Made by a program: the position numbers and the translations under genes. From a virus (taxonomy: Duplodnaviria > Caudoviricetes): a stretch of DNA of 29,452 nucleotides. Of this stretch, positions 1 to 7,832 are shown one piece after another. The stretch lies in the IMG/VR virus record IMGVR_UViG_3300025267_000081, positions 1 to 29,452 of that record; one strand, written 5' to 3'. The notes under the pieces were generated by a model. It saw only the letters and a program-made list of their open reading frames with translations. It was not told the origin of the DNA and ran no database searches. The stretch's first letter is position 1, and every line of letters begins with the position of its first letter.

Positions 1-2
1 CC

Positions 3-1643
3 TCCGGGCGGGCCTCCGGGCCCTGGTGGGCCTCCCGGGCCCATCATGGCCTCTGACATCTGTTTCGCCTTGGCGAACATCGTAGCGAGGAGCTCGCCGA
101 AGTAGAACTGCGCGAGGTCTTCCCGGCCCTGCTTCATCGACGCCTGGTAGAGCGACCACAGCCCTGCCTCGGGCAGGGTGCGTTCTGCGATCTGCTCCTT
201 CACGGCGTCTTCGACCTGGTCTGCATCCTGTATGCCCAGAATATTGTCTCGTATCCACAGGTCGGGCAGAAGCGGCGTAGGCCCTTCGCGGGCGATCTGC
301 GCCATGCCGTAGCGGGACATATCGTCCTCGGGCAGTCGGGGGACGACTTTTATCTCAGGATCTCCCCCGTCGCGTATCCGTTCGGGGGTGATCTCCTCTG
401 AGAAGTACATCCTGTAGTTATCTTGCCCCGAGAGCTCCATCGACTTGAAGGACCCGGTCTGGTACTGGACGCAGAGCAAGTTTGCGATCTGCACATACGC
501 ACGCTCCATCGCCTGGACCCTGGGCACCAGCATGGTCTCCACGCCCTGTCTCAGGGTATTGATGGCGAAGCCTGAGAGCTGGAACGGTATCTCGCCGTAG
601 ACCGTGTGTGGAAGCGACCCTCTCTGCATCTCTCCCGAGACGAGCCCCATGAAAGCGCCGGACTCTCTGGCCATCTCGAGCAGCCCGAGGGGCTGTACGT
701 CTTCGCCTTGTCCGAGGGATATCTCCGTGCCTTCATGGTAGGGATCTTCGTCCAGGGTCTTGGTGCCGTCGCGGGAGGTCACTTTGAGCCCTTGCTTGCG
801 GGACCGGGCCGTAAGCTCGAGCATGACGCTCATCATGAAGTTATGGTTCTCGTAGAGGTTGCGGGTAGACTTGAATACTGACTCCCCGAAGTCCTCCAGG
901 GTATCCTCGATCGAGGACCACTCCATGGACTGGATCAGGGGGGAGGCCCCTACGGGTCCCAGGAACACGGGCACCCCTTCTGCGCCGTGGGGAGTCTTGC
1001 GTTTGATGAACCGCCCGGGAACCACGACGATATTGTCTTCGGCGTCGTAGTAGTCATAGACGCTGATACCGTCCCCGTTGCCTCTCAGGTCGCCGAGGCG
1101 CACGTTGTATTGCGCCTCTATCTCGCCCTGGGTCTTATTGACCTTATAGCAGGCCCACGCGAGGCCGTCGCTCCCGACGCCCCAGTAGGTGTGCATCGGG
1201 TCCCACGGGGTGACATCGATCGTGGTGTCGCCGTTGGGGTTTTTCACCAGCATGGCGCGGCCCGCGTACCATCCTCTGAGCGCGATATACCAGGAGAGCT
1301 GGTCTTTGATCGGGGGGGCGAGTCTACGGGAGAGCCGCTCGTTCGCTGCCCGCAGGGCACCTATGATGAAGCGTTCCTTGTCGTTATTGATCTCGCGGGT
1401 ATTCCGCGGGTTGCCATTAGGCGGTATACGGACGACGAGATCTGCCCCGGTCATCCAGGCTATGACCTTGTCCGCGTAGGTCTGTGGCTCGTTCGAGGTA
1501 TAGGACTTATAGCCGTCCCCTGCGTCATAGGGGGTCAGCTTATAGAGCTGGTGGTCCGAGTCCATGCGAGTGCGAAGGGTATGGGTGGACTCGCTATGGT
1601 CTTCCACCTTGTCGATTATGTCTTCGGGTTTTAGTCTTGCCAT
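3..1643 (-). CDS. portal protein (3' end truncated by the window edge)
   Basis: Not in the ORF track. ATG at 1643, just downstream of TerL, reads MARLKPEDIIDKVEDH...LSWYIALRGWYAGRAML...; the same frame at the window edge reads a Pro/Gly-rich tail (MMGPGGPPGPGGPPG), implying >547 aa. Position after TerL and size fit a portal. Confidence 0.8.
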   Translation of the reverse strand, partial: MARLKPEDIIDKVEDHSESTHTLRTRMDSDHQLYKLTPYDAGDGYKSYTSNEPQTYADKVIAWMTGADLVVRIPPNGNPRNTREINNDKERFIIGALRAANERLSRRLAPPIKDQLSWYIALRGWYAGRAMLVKNPNGDTTIDVTPWDPMHTYWGVGSDGLAWACYKVNKTQGEIEAQYNVRLGDLRGNGDGISVYDYYDAEDNIVVVPGRFIKRKTPHGAEGVPVFLGPVGASPLIQSMEWSSIEDTLEDFGESVFKSTRNLYENHNFMMSVMLELTARSRKQGLKVTSRDGTKTLDEDPYHEGTEISLGQGEDVQPLGLLEMARESGAFMGLVSGEMQRGSLPHTVYGEIPFQLSGFAINTLRQGVETMLVPRVQAMERAYVQIANLLCVQYQTGSFKSMELSGQDNYRMYFSEEITPERIRDGGDPEIKVVPRLPEDDMSRYGMAQIAREGPTPLLPDLWIRDNILGIQDADQVEDAVKEQIAERTLPEAGLWSLYQASMKQGREDLAQFYFGELLATMFAKAKQMSEAMMGPGGPPGPGGPPG

Positions 1644-1656
1644 ATCAGATCACCGT

Positions 1657-3027
1657 CTAGGCCGCCCACCGTTTGACCTTGATGAAATCTTTGTTCTGGA
1701 CGTACCCATAGCCAAAGCGGCTAACGAGGCCATATATCATGGCTTTTATGGCATGGTTGTTCTTGTCCTCGGGGGTATTGCCCACTATATTCCCTTCGCG
1801 ATCGGTCTTCCACCGGTAGGCGCGGGTCTGCCCGTCGAACGGGCTGGGAACCACGCCGAACTCCGACAGTATCCCGTCACATTTCGGCGAAAACACCACC
1901 TTGGACTTGTTCGTGATGGGATCTGGCTTGAGGAACCCTTTAAGTCGCTCCGTGCCTTCGTTGATGCGGATTTTCTGAGCGTCGAGGTAGATGCCTGTGC
2001 GTTCCATCCACATCTCTGCGGGCGCGGACATAGCCTGGTGTTGGTATCCTGCGATATCGATAGTGCCGGAGTGGACATCTTTCCACCAGGGCTTGGAGGT
2101 CACTATATCTATGATGGCGTCGGTTGTGAGTCCTTGCTCGTAGACCTCATCGAAGGCACAGATCTGGCCATTTATATCTTGCACGGCCATAACGGCATAG
2201 GCACCGGCGTATCCCGGGTCCATCCAGAGGTAGACTGGTTCTCCCGGCACCCATTCGGCGACTTCATCGAGATGGATATCTGCCCGGAACTCTCCAAACA
2301 CGAGGCCTGCGGGCGGGCAGGGTATGCCCTGGATGCGTTCCATGAAGAACTCATCGGAGGCTTGGGCCCTCAGCTTCTGGATTTCGGGGTCATCGATACC
2401 TTCGGGATACAGGAAGGTATTGGAATAGCTTGGGAGGGAGAAGCTCTGCTCGTCTTCGGAGGCACGTTGCCACGACGCGAAGAGTTGGGGATACCAGCCG
2501 AGGGAGCCCTCGAACGTCCCTGAGAGGAAGAGCCACCCTCTTTTAGGGGCCACTCTTCCCCGAAGCCTATAGAAGGTATCGAGATCTAGCTGTGATGCCT
2601 CGCATCCGAGGATACCGTCGGGGGCTCTCATGGCGAGGGTCCTGGGGTCTTTGGCGCTTTTCGTCTCTATGCGGGTCCCGTCCGCGAGGATAATGCGCCC
2701 CGGATCAACTCGTTTGGTAACTTCTGCAAGAAGTCCCAGGGATGCGAAGTCCTGGGCGAGGTAATCGAACTCTGCCCGTGTGCGTTCGTAGTCTGCCGCC
2801 ACCAGCCAATAGAGCCCATGCTCTTCGGTCTCAAGGAACCTGGACATAAGGTACTTGGATGCGACCATGGACTTCCCGGCCTGCTCACCGCCTGCGACGA
2901 TGGTAAACCGTTTACGGGAGTTGAGGATACTGGCCTGGAAGGGTGTTGGCAGGAAGTCTAGCTTGGAGAATATATACTCCGTGACGGCTGCGGGGTTGGG
3001 CCTTTCAGCCGTCGCGCTGGTTGTCAT
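1657..3027 (-). CDS. terL: terminase large subunit
   Basis: Walker A AGGEQAGKS, Walker B-like ILGCEA, motif III-like SGT, and a C-terminal RNase H-like nuclease region (WMDPG...DKNNHAIKA); 456 aa. Confidence 0.92.
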   Translation of the reverse strand: MTTSATAERPNPAAVTEYIFSKLDFLPTPFQASILNSRKRFTIVAGGEQAGKSMVASKYLMSRFLETEEHGLYWLVAADYERTRAEFDYLAQDFASLGLLAEVTKRVDPGRIILADGTRIETKSAKDPRTLAMRAPDGILGCEASQLDLDTFYRLRGRVAPKRGWLFLSGTFEGSLGWYPQLFASWQRASEDEQSFSLPSYSNTFLYPEGIDDPEIQKLRAQASDEFFMERIQGIPCPPAGLVFGEFRADIHLDEVAEWVPGEPVYLWMDPGYAGAYAVMAVQDINGQICAFDEVYEQGLTTDAIIDIVTSKPWWKDVHSGTIDIAGYQHQAMSAPAEMWMERTGIYLDAQKIRINEGTERLKGFLKPDPITNKSKVVFSPKCDGILSEFGVVPSPFDGQTRAYRWKTDREGNIVGNTPEDKNNHAIKAMIYGLVSRFGYGYVQNKDFIKVKRWAA

Positions 3028-3523
3028 TGGCCTTACGCGCTAGAATTTTCTGCGCCTCAGCTACAGCCTGCTCTCTTTCGGTATCTTGCTCGGACGCATC
3101 ATCGGACCGTGAATCCCTCGCGGCCTTCTTATTTGCCTTGACGAACCTCTTCCACTCGGCCATGACATCCTTGGCTGCGTTGTCCGCGTAATGGGCGTCT
3201 CTCCGATACTTCTCTGGCCAGTGGGCGTTGAGGAGGGTTATAAGCAGGACCGGGTTATCGTTGGGTTTCTGGTTCTTGACCCGATCGACCGCAATATCTT
3301 GGAGATACTCCCTGAAGAGCTCCGTCGCCTCCGTATACCTAGCCTTGAACCCGTGGGTATCCTTCCTGGCCCACGCATCGATGGTCGATCGCGGGATATT
3401 GATAGCCTCCGCGGCGGACCTGACCGTCCCCGAAACGGCAAAGGCGGCCAAAAATGCGTCCTGGTTGATCTTGGTGATCGCGGCCTGCTGGGGGGTAGCT
3501 CCCTTAGCCGTGTCAGACCCCAT
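3005..3523 (-). CDS. terS: terminase small subunit (N-terminal HTH)
   Basis: AFLAAFAVSGTVRSAAEAINIPRSTIDAW HTH pattern; overlaps the TerL start; likely ATG at 3523 after a GGAGAAGGGG RBS. Confidence 0.75.
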   Translation of the reverse strand: MGSDTAKGATPQQAAITKINQDAFLAAFAVSGTVRSAAEAINIPRSTIDAWARKDTHGFKARYTEATELFREYLQDIAVDRVKNQKPNDNPVLLITLLNAHWPEKYRRDAHYADNAAKDVMAEWKRFVKANKKAARDSRSDDASEQDTEREQAVAEAQKILARKANDNQRDG

Positions 3524-3746
3524 GTCCCCTTCTCCTGCCGACCCTATTCGCAACGACCCCTCCGACCCTCCGCGCAATATCGAGCCTCCTCGCGATCATC
3601 CCGACCCTCTGCCTGGTGATCCCATACTCGTTGGCGATCTCCTGATAGGTCCGATCGGGATGCAGGATAATAGCCCTCGCTATATCCTTAGAACGCCTCT
3701 CGATCCTTCCTATCCCGTGCGTGGTGACCAGCGCGTTGTAATCCAT
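3513..3746 (-). CDS. small HTH DNA-binding protein (sigma70 region-4-like)
   Basis: RTYQEIANEYGITRQRVGMIARR motif. Confidence 0.7.
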   Translation of the reverse strand: MDYNALVTTHGIGRIERRSKDIARAIILHPDRTYQEIANEYGITRQRVGMIARRLDIARRVGGVVANRVGRRRGHGV

Positions 3747-3797
3747 GGCCCAAACGTACCGCAATCTCCCTAAATAGTCAATTCTCGTACCGCTAAA

Positions 3798-3995
3798 TCA
3801 GTCTTTGGACCAGTCCCAATCCTCCGGTTTATCCCCAAGGCCCTTATCCCAGCACCTGATACAAAACCCATTTGCCAGTTCCGTATCGACCTGCCGGCAT
3901 ATCCGATAGTTGCGACACGCCCCAAAAGACTCATTAGGATTTCTGTCACCCTCCGGTCCACCTCGAGGCGGGCTCATGGCCATGAATACTAACAT
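3798..3995 (-). CDS. small Cys-rich (putative Zn-binding) protein, first gene of the late arm
   Basis: C-x5-C ... C-x2-C pattern; purine-rich AAAGGGGT directly before the ATG. Confidence 0.55.
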   Translation of the reverse strand: MLVFMAMSPPRGGPEGDRNPNESFGACRNYRICRQVDTELANGFCIRCWDKGLGDKPEDWDWSKD

Positions 3996-4007
3996 ACCCC
4001 TTTCTTA

Positions 4008-4058
4008 CGTTTCCGTTCCGCCGTTCTCACGCCTACCCAGAACAGCAGAATGGAAACG
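4008..4058 (-). promoter_or_regulatory. 20-bp imperfect hairpin in the leader of the first late gene
   Basis: Arms 4008-4027 and 4039-4058 are complementary; on the minus-strand RNA there are two G-U pairs and one mismatch. Confidence 0.5.
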
Positions 4059-4107
4059 CACGGGCGGATTATGCGGATTATGCGAACCAGGACCCCTCTC
4101 TATCGGA

Positions 4108-4199
4108 AAGGGGTTTTGAGGTTTTGATGGTTTTGACTCTAGGTATTCAAGGGGTTTTGAGGATTTTGAGGGTTTTGAGCCTAGGTATTCTTAGGTATT
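4108..4199. repeat. GGTTTTGA / TAGGTATT short-repeat cluster (duplicated ~42-bp unit)
   Basis: GGTTTTGA at 4112, 4120, 4129, 4153 and 4171, with a variant at 4162; TAGGTATT at 4140, 4182 and 4192. Confidence 0.85.
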
Positions 4200-4205
4200 T
4201 TGCCG

Positions 4206-4488
4206 TCGAACCCGTCGAACCCTACCCATGCACCCCTGAAGACAGGCTCGGGGAAGAGAGGAGACCCCTACCTATACACCTTTATTGAAAACAACCTGGG
4301 AAAAGAATACAGCCCTATAACAAGCCATGCAGAGCTCGAGGACAGTTTCCCTTCCGCTTTTCCCAGGACTATGCAGGAAGAGGGAATAGAAATGATTGGT
4401 CGCGTCGAAGGACAGGCCGCAATGCCTCTATGTGTGTGTGTAATACCCCCCGGAAACCTATCGAACCGTTCGAACCCTACCCCTGCAC
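4206..4488. repeat. 28-bp imperfect direct repeat pair (4206-4233 and 4461-4488)
   Basis: TCGAACCCGTCGAACCCTACCCATGCAC versus TCGAACCGTTCGAACCCTACCCCTGCAC, 3 mismatches. Confidence 0.8.
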
Positions 4489-4993
4489 GCCTGTATAGAC
4501 TGCTCTAGCGGTTCTAATACGGTTCTAAAGAAAGAAAGAAAGAAAAAAAAGGGGGGAAAAAAAGAAAGAAAGTAAGAACGCGCACGCGCTATACGCGTTA
4601 CTAGTATATAACTAGCGCGCGCGCCCCCGCGCGAGAGGGTCGTCACACCCTCTGGGGCCTAGGGGCCCCTCGGGCGTAACTCCCAAATCCCTGAAATAAG
4701 CCCATAAAAGATAGAAATATTAGCCGCGCTAGCTACGAAATACCCGCCTACGAATCCCGTTAAATTACATGTAATTACATCGACTTACACTGTAATCACA
4801 TGTAACGCACCGTAATTAGTCCTGCTCACTCCAGGACTGAGTATAGGGCTATTACGATACTCGTGAGGCCAGAGGCGCTTTAGCACTAAATTTCTGGCAC
4901 GGGTATCTATATACCTAGTAAGGAGACTCTAAGCCGTGCCCCCTCGCGCGCTGTTTAGGGTTCCCGTACCTTATACCGCGCGGAGCCCTGGCA

Positions 4994-5034
4994 CCCGCAG
5001 CCCGCAGCCCGCAGCCCGCAGCCCGCAGCCCGCA
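4994..5034. repeat. CCCGCAG heptamer tandem repeat
   Basis: Five perfect copies plus a partial sixth. Confidence 0.95.
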
Positions 5035-5204
5035 TGACGCGTGCTCCGTCTGGCGTGGCGCGCGTCTGGCGCGGTGTCTTTTGCTGGCGAGGACGCGCCG
5101 GTGAATCTCCCAGCCCCACTCCGAGCACCTGCCGCGTCTCCTCACTCCCGTCATGGCGCGCGCCATGTCTCCCAGGACGCCGGAATCAGATACCCAAATA
5201 GGTA

Positions 5205-5233
5205 TTGACAAGCGGCCCGCATTGCTGTATCGT
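5205..5233 (+). promoter_or_regulatory. sigma70-type early promoter
   Basis: TTGACA-N17-TATCGT at the head of the plus-strand arm. Confidence 0.7.
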
Positions 5234-5242
5234 AGCTATGCG

Positions 5243-5470
5243 ATGGCAGTTTCAACGAACAACGGCAAGCTTTACAGGCGGCCGGACAAGAGGGCGCGTG
5301 ACAAGTGGCGTATAGCGGGTGGCCCTGCTATTGCTACCACCCACGCGTCCACTGTTAAGGTCGAACGTAAAGAGGCTGCTCGCCTTGGAATTGCCAAAGC
5401 GCAACGCCAGATTCAATCTGGCAATCGGAAGAACATGAAGCTGGATTGCAAGGTGAAGCCTATACGTTAA
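5243..5470 (+). CDS. basic early protein, probably leaderless
   Basis: MAVSTNNGKLYRRPDK... (75 aa, K/R-rich); ATG 9 nt after the -10 box with no RBS. Confidence 0.55.
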   Translation: MAVSTNNGKLYRRPDKRARDKWRIAGGPAIATTHASTVKVERKEAARLGIAKAQRQIQSGNRKNMKLDCKVKPIR

Positions 5471-5516
5471 CCAGTCACCACATAAATGTCAGCCTCCAGA
5501 CGTTAACAGGTTAGGT

Positions 5517-6310
5517 TTAGCTTGTAGCTAGTGCGTGGCGCGTGTCTTGTCCCTATTTAGGGACAAGGGGGACATCATGGACACCACAATGAAACGTCCA
5601 GTAACCATAGACGCGCAGCACGCTATCACGGCATGGGTAGAAGCTTTCACAGACTTGTACCTTGCGATTAACGAGTTAGGTTTGGGTGAGGAGTGGAAAC
5701 AAACTCCCATATACGGGAGTGTTACCAGTCAAGCGGAAAAGGTTTTCGCATCGTTGACGCGCAAGGGAACGGTCATCAACAATTCGCGCGAAGTGGTTTT
5801 CAATCCGGGCGCGCCAGAATGGAAACGCGCCTTGAAGTCAGACCAAGATAGCCTACTCCTTGCGTACGCTATCGCATGTCTAATTGAAGTATCCCACGTT
5901 GGAAACGATAAGAAAACGCGCGACAAACAGGAAAAGAAGTGGACAGGCGAATTCCAAACAGTCTTAAAACGTAACGGCCTTGTTGTTAAGACGCGCAACC
6001 TTAAGGTGGAAGCAAGCGAGAAGCTAGCCAAACGGGTGCCAGAATTCGCAAAGCAATTGGCAATATTGCGCGATGCTATCAGCGTTGAAACGCCAGAACG
6101 TAAGGCGTCCGACTCTGATAAGCAACGCGTACGCGTTTACTGTCAAGGCGATTGTGATCTATTCCAGAATGTCACAATGACGCGCAAGAACTTTACCGCG
6201 TGGCAAAGCAACGAACGCGGGAAATGTCCAGACCATAACGTCAAAATATCCTTGAAAGTAGTCAAGAACTAACACAATCAGACGCGCGCCACGCATTGGC
6301 TACAAGCTAA
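5517..6310 (+). repeat. 31-bp inverted repeat (5517-5547 and 6280-6310) enclosing one gene
   Basis: TTAGCTTGTAGCTAGTGCGTGGCGCGTGTCT pairs with AGACGCGCGCCACGCATTGGCTACAAGCTAA; 28 Watson-Crick pairs plus 3 G-U pairs on plus-strand RNA. Confidence 0.9.
5577..6272 (+). CDS. early protein, degenerate SprT-like domain plus C-terminal Zn-ribbon
   Basis: LIEVSH...WTGEFQTVLKRNGL resembles SprT-like HExxH...H..F...GL; C-terminal CQGDC...TRK...CPDH; GGGGGA RBS. Confidence 0.55.
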   Translation: MDTTMKRPVTIDAQHAITAWVEAFTDLYLAINELGLGEEWKQTPIYGSVTSQAEKVFASLTRKGTVINNSREVVFNPGAPEWKRALKSDQDSLLLAYAIACLIEVSHVGNDKKTRDKQEKKWTGEFQTVLKRNGLVVKTRNLKVEASEKLAKRVPEFAKQLAILRDAISVETPERKASDSDKQRVRVYCQGDCDLFQNVTMTRKNFTAWQSNERGKCPDHNVKISLKVVKN

Positions 6311-6388
6311 GAACGCCGGACGCATGAGCTGCGGCCCAGGCCCTGGGCCCAGGTACGGGGAAAACCACGGGGAGCTCCGTGCCCAAGC

Positions 6389-6602
6389 TTGTCCCGATTT
6401 CGGGACAAATAGGGCGAAGCCACATATGGGAAATACCGCAACCAGGCTTGTCCCGATTTCGGGACAAAAGTTCTGCGATCGATCACGGGGAATACCGTTA
6501 CATAGCTTGTCCCGAAATCGGGACAAGACTAGAGAGGGGGTGATGCCTATACCAATGCGTCGCGATCGAGGCGTTAGTAAGTCTGTCCCGATTTCGGGAC
6601 AA
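6389..6602. repeat. array of 20-bp palindromes TTGTCCCGA-NN-TCGGGACAA
   Basis: Copies start at 6389, 6448, 6507 and 6583 (spacing 59, 59, 76); a variant CTTGTCCCTATTTAGGGACAAG lies at 5546-5567. Confidence 0.95.
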
Positions 6603-6614
6603 GAGAGGATCGAG

Positions 6615-6737
6615 ATGAAGTCTAAGAAACGTACGCAGCTTTCCAGGGGCGAACTCCTGGAGAGATATAGAGCAAGCGAACTACGCAGAGAAGTGATCGG
6701 GATTATTCACGCCGTACTTGAGGAGGTGAGGACGTGA
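6615..6737 (+). CDS. small hypothetical protein
   Basis: MKSKKRTQLSRGELL... after a GAGAGGA RBS (alternative ATG at 6543); GTGA overlap with the next gene. Confidence 0.5.
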   Translation: MKSKKRTQLSRGELLERYRASELRREVIGIIHAVLEEVRT

Positions 6738-6892
6738 GCTATCGAGAGGCACTACACGAGATCCGGGAACTCGAGACCGCAGGGTATTACGAGGGCGAGG
6801 CAGGGCGGAGAGAAATGCAGGCCGTGACGAGAGAGTGCCGCGAACGGCGGGACATCGGCGAGGTCCTGCGAAAACTGGCGAGAAGCTACTAG
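6734..6892 (+). CDS. small hypothetical protein (52 aa, below the track cut-off)
   Basis: GTG start after GAGGAGGTGAGG; reads SYREALHEIRELE...LARSY. Confidence 0.6.
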   Translation: MSYREALHEIRELETAGYYEGEAGRREMQAVTRECRERRDIGEVLRKLARSY

Positions 6893-6908
6893 CCGAAGGA
6901 GGCTTGAT

Positions 6909-7550
6909 ATGACGATCAAGGACAGGAAGCCAGATACGGATTACCGCTATCGTATCGTGTCAGGACACGACGGGCACCGCCTCACCTGGCACTCGCTGGA
7001 GTGCAACATCGGGCGCAGCGCGAAGTGGTCAAAACGTACGGACTACACGCCGGAATCCCGCAGGGACGCGATAGAGGCCAAACGCGGCCGGAGGCCGTAT
7101 TACACGGATCATATGGCCCGGTGCTGCCTGGACAAACAGGCCGGCGCAGCCAATGCCAGCCCGTCGTTTACGACAAGGCAAGCGGACAAGCTATTGCGCG
7201 AAGCGCATACAGCGGGCTTGCTAGCCGGCAACGACGCCAACCCCACGCCTATGGTGGTAGGCACGCCCACAACCCCGCTGGGGAACGATATCGACCCCGA
7301 AAAGACAACGTACTACGTGAGCGAGGGCGCATGCGGCTTCGCCTGGGTCGTAATCAGACCGGGCAACAGCTCGCTGGCAAGACAGGCCAAGAAGCTAGGC
7401 ATCGGAAGCACCCACTATGGTGGCGGCACAAGCATATGGATAAGCGAACACGGCCAATCGGTCGAACGTAAAGCTAAACATGCCGCCGCGTACGCAAAAG
7501 TCCTACGGGATCGCGGCGTCAACGCTAGTTCTGAATCGCGGATGGACTAA
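6909..7550 (+). CDS. conserved phage hypothetical protein (CGFAWV-type C-terminal domain)
   Basis: AAGGAGG RBS; GACGFAWV...QSVERK...A.VL...G...SRMD pattern recalled from many phage proteins. Confidence 0.75.
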   Translation: MTIKDRKPDTDYRYRIVSGHDGHRLTWHSLECNIGRSAKWSKRTDYTPESRRDAIEAKRGRRPYYTDHMARCCLDKQAGAANASPSFTTRQADKLLREAHTAGLLAGNDANPTPMVVGTPTTPLGNDIDPEKTTYYVSEGACGFAWVVIRPGNSSLARQAKKLGIGSTHYGGGTSIWISEHGQSVERKAKHAAAYAKVLRDRGVNASSESRMD

Positions 7551-7832
7551 ATGGACAGAGAAAGAGGTGAACACGTGAGCGTCACAATGTGCGATCTACG
7601 CCAGGCCCTGAAGAGGCTGATGATAGCCACCGGCCACCGTAAGGATTACTCCCTGGAGGAGTGGGAGGACGAGGATCGATACAGGTTGGTTCGTGACCAC
7701 GGGAGTAGGTGGGTCAGCCAAGGCGGCAGGCTAACTAAAGAGCAACTCTACGAGTGGATAGACGCATACACCGAGGGCGTCTACGCGGGGCTTTGGGTTT
7801 GCCGAGAGGAGGTGATAGATGGATCCCGATAA
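7551..7832 (+). CDS. hypothetical protein
   Basis: Tightly packed in the operon; alternative GTG at 7575 has a GAGGTG RBS. Confidence 0.65.
   Translation: MDRERGEHVSVTMCDLRQALKRLMIATGHRKDYSLEEWEDEDRYRLVRDHGSRWVSQGGRLTKEQLYEWIDAYTEGVYAGLWVCREEVIDGSR

Noticed and set aside
551-3773. Plus-strand ORFs over the portal and terminase genes
   Set aside because: Antisense shadows of GC-rich genes, with no motifs or RBS.
3829-3852. DnaA boxes (TTATCCCCA-like)
   Set aside because: Mismatched, inside a coding region, and only two copies.
4200-5211. ORFs 4200-4508, 4458-4646 and 4915-5211
   Set aside because: They translate repeats and low-complexity DNA and lack an RBS.
4000-5240. tRNA-Sec or other tRNA in the non-coding hub
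   Set aside because: No cloverleaf, T-loop or UCA anticodon arm found by eye; a tRNAscan-SE or Secmarker run would settle it.
5243-6272. Restriction-site avoidance in the first early genes
   Set aside because: GATC, CCGG, GGCC and TCGA all occur; any depletion is too weak to claim without counting.
6387-6603. CRISPR array
   Set aside because: The repeats are near-perfect palindromes with one copy centre-flipped, the linkers resemble each other, spacing breaks at the fourth copy, and no cas genes are present.
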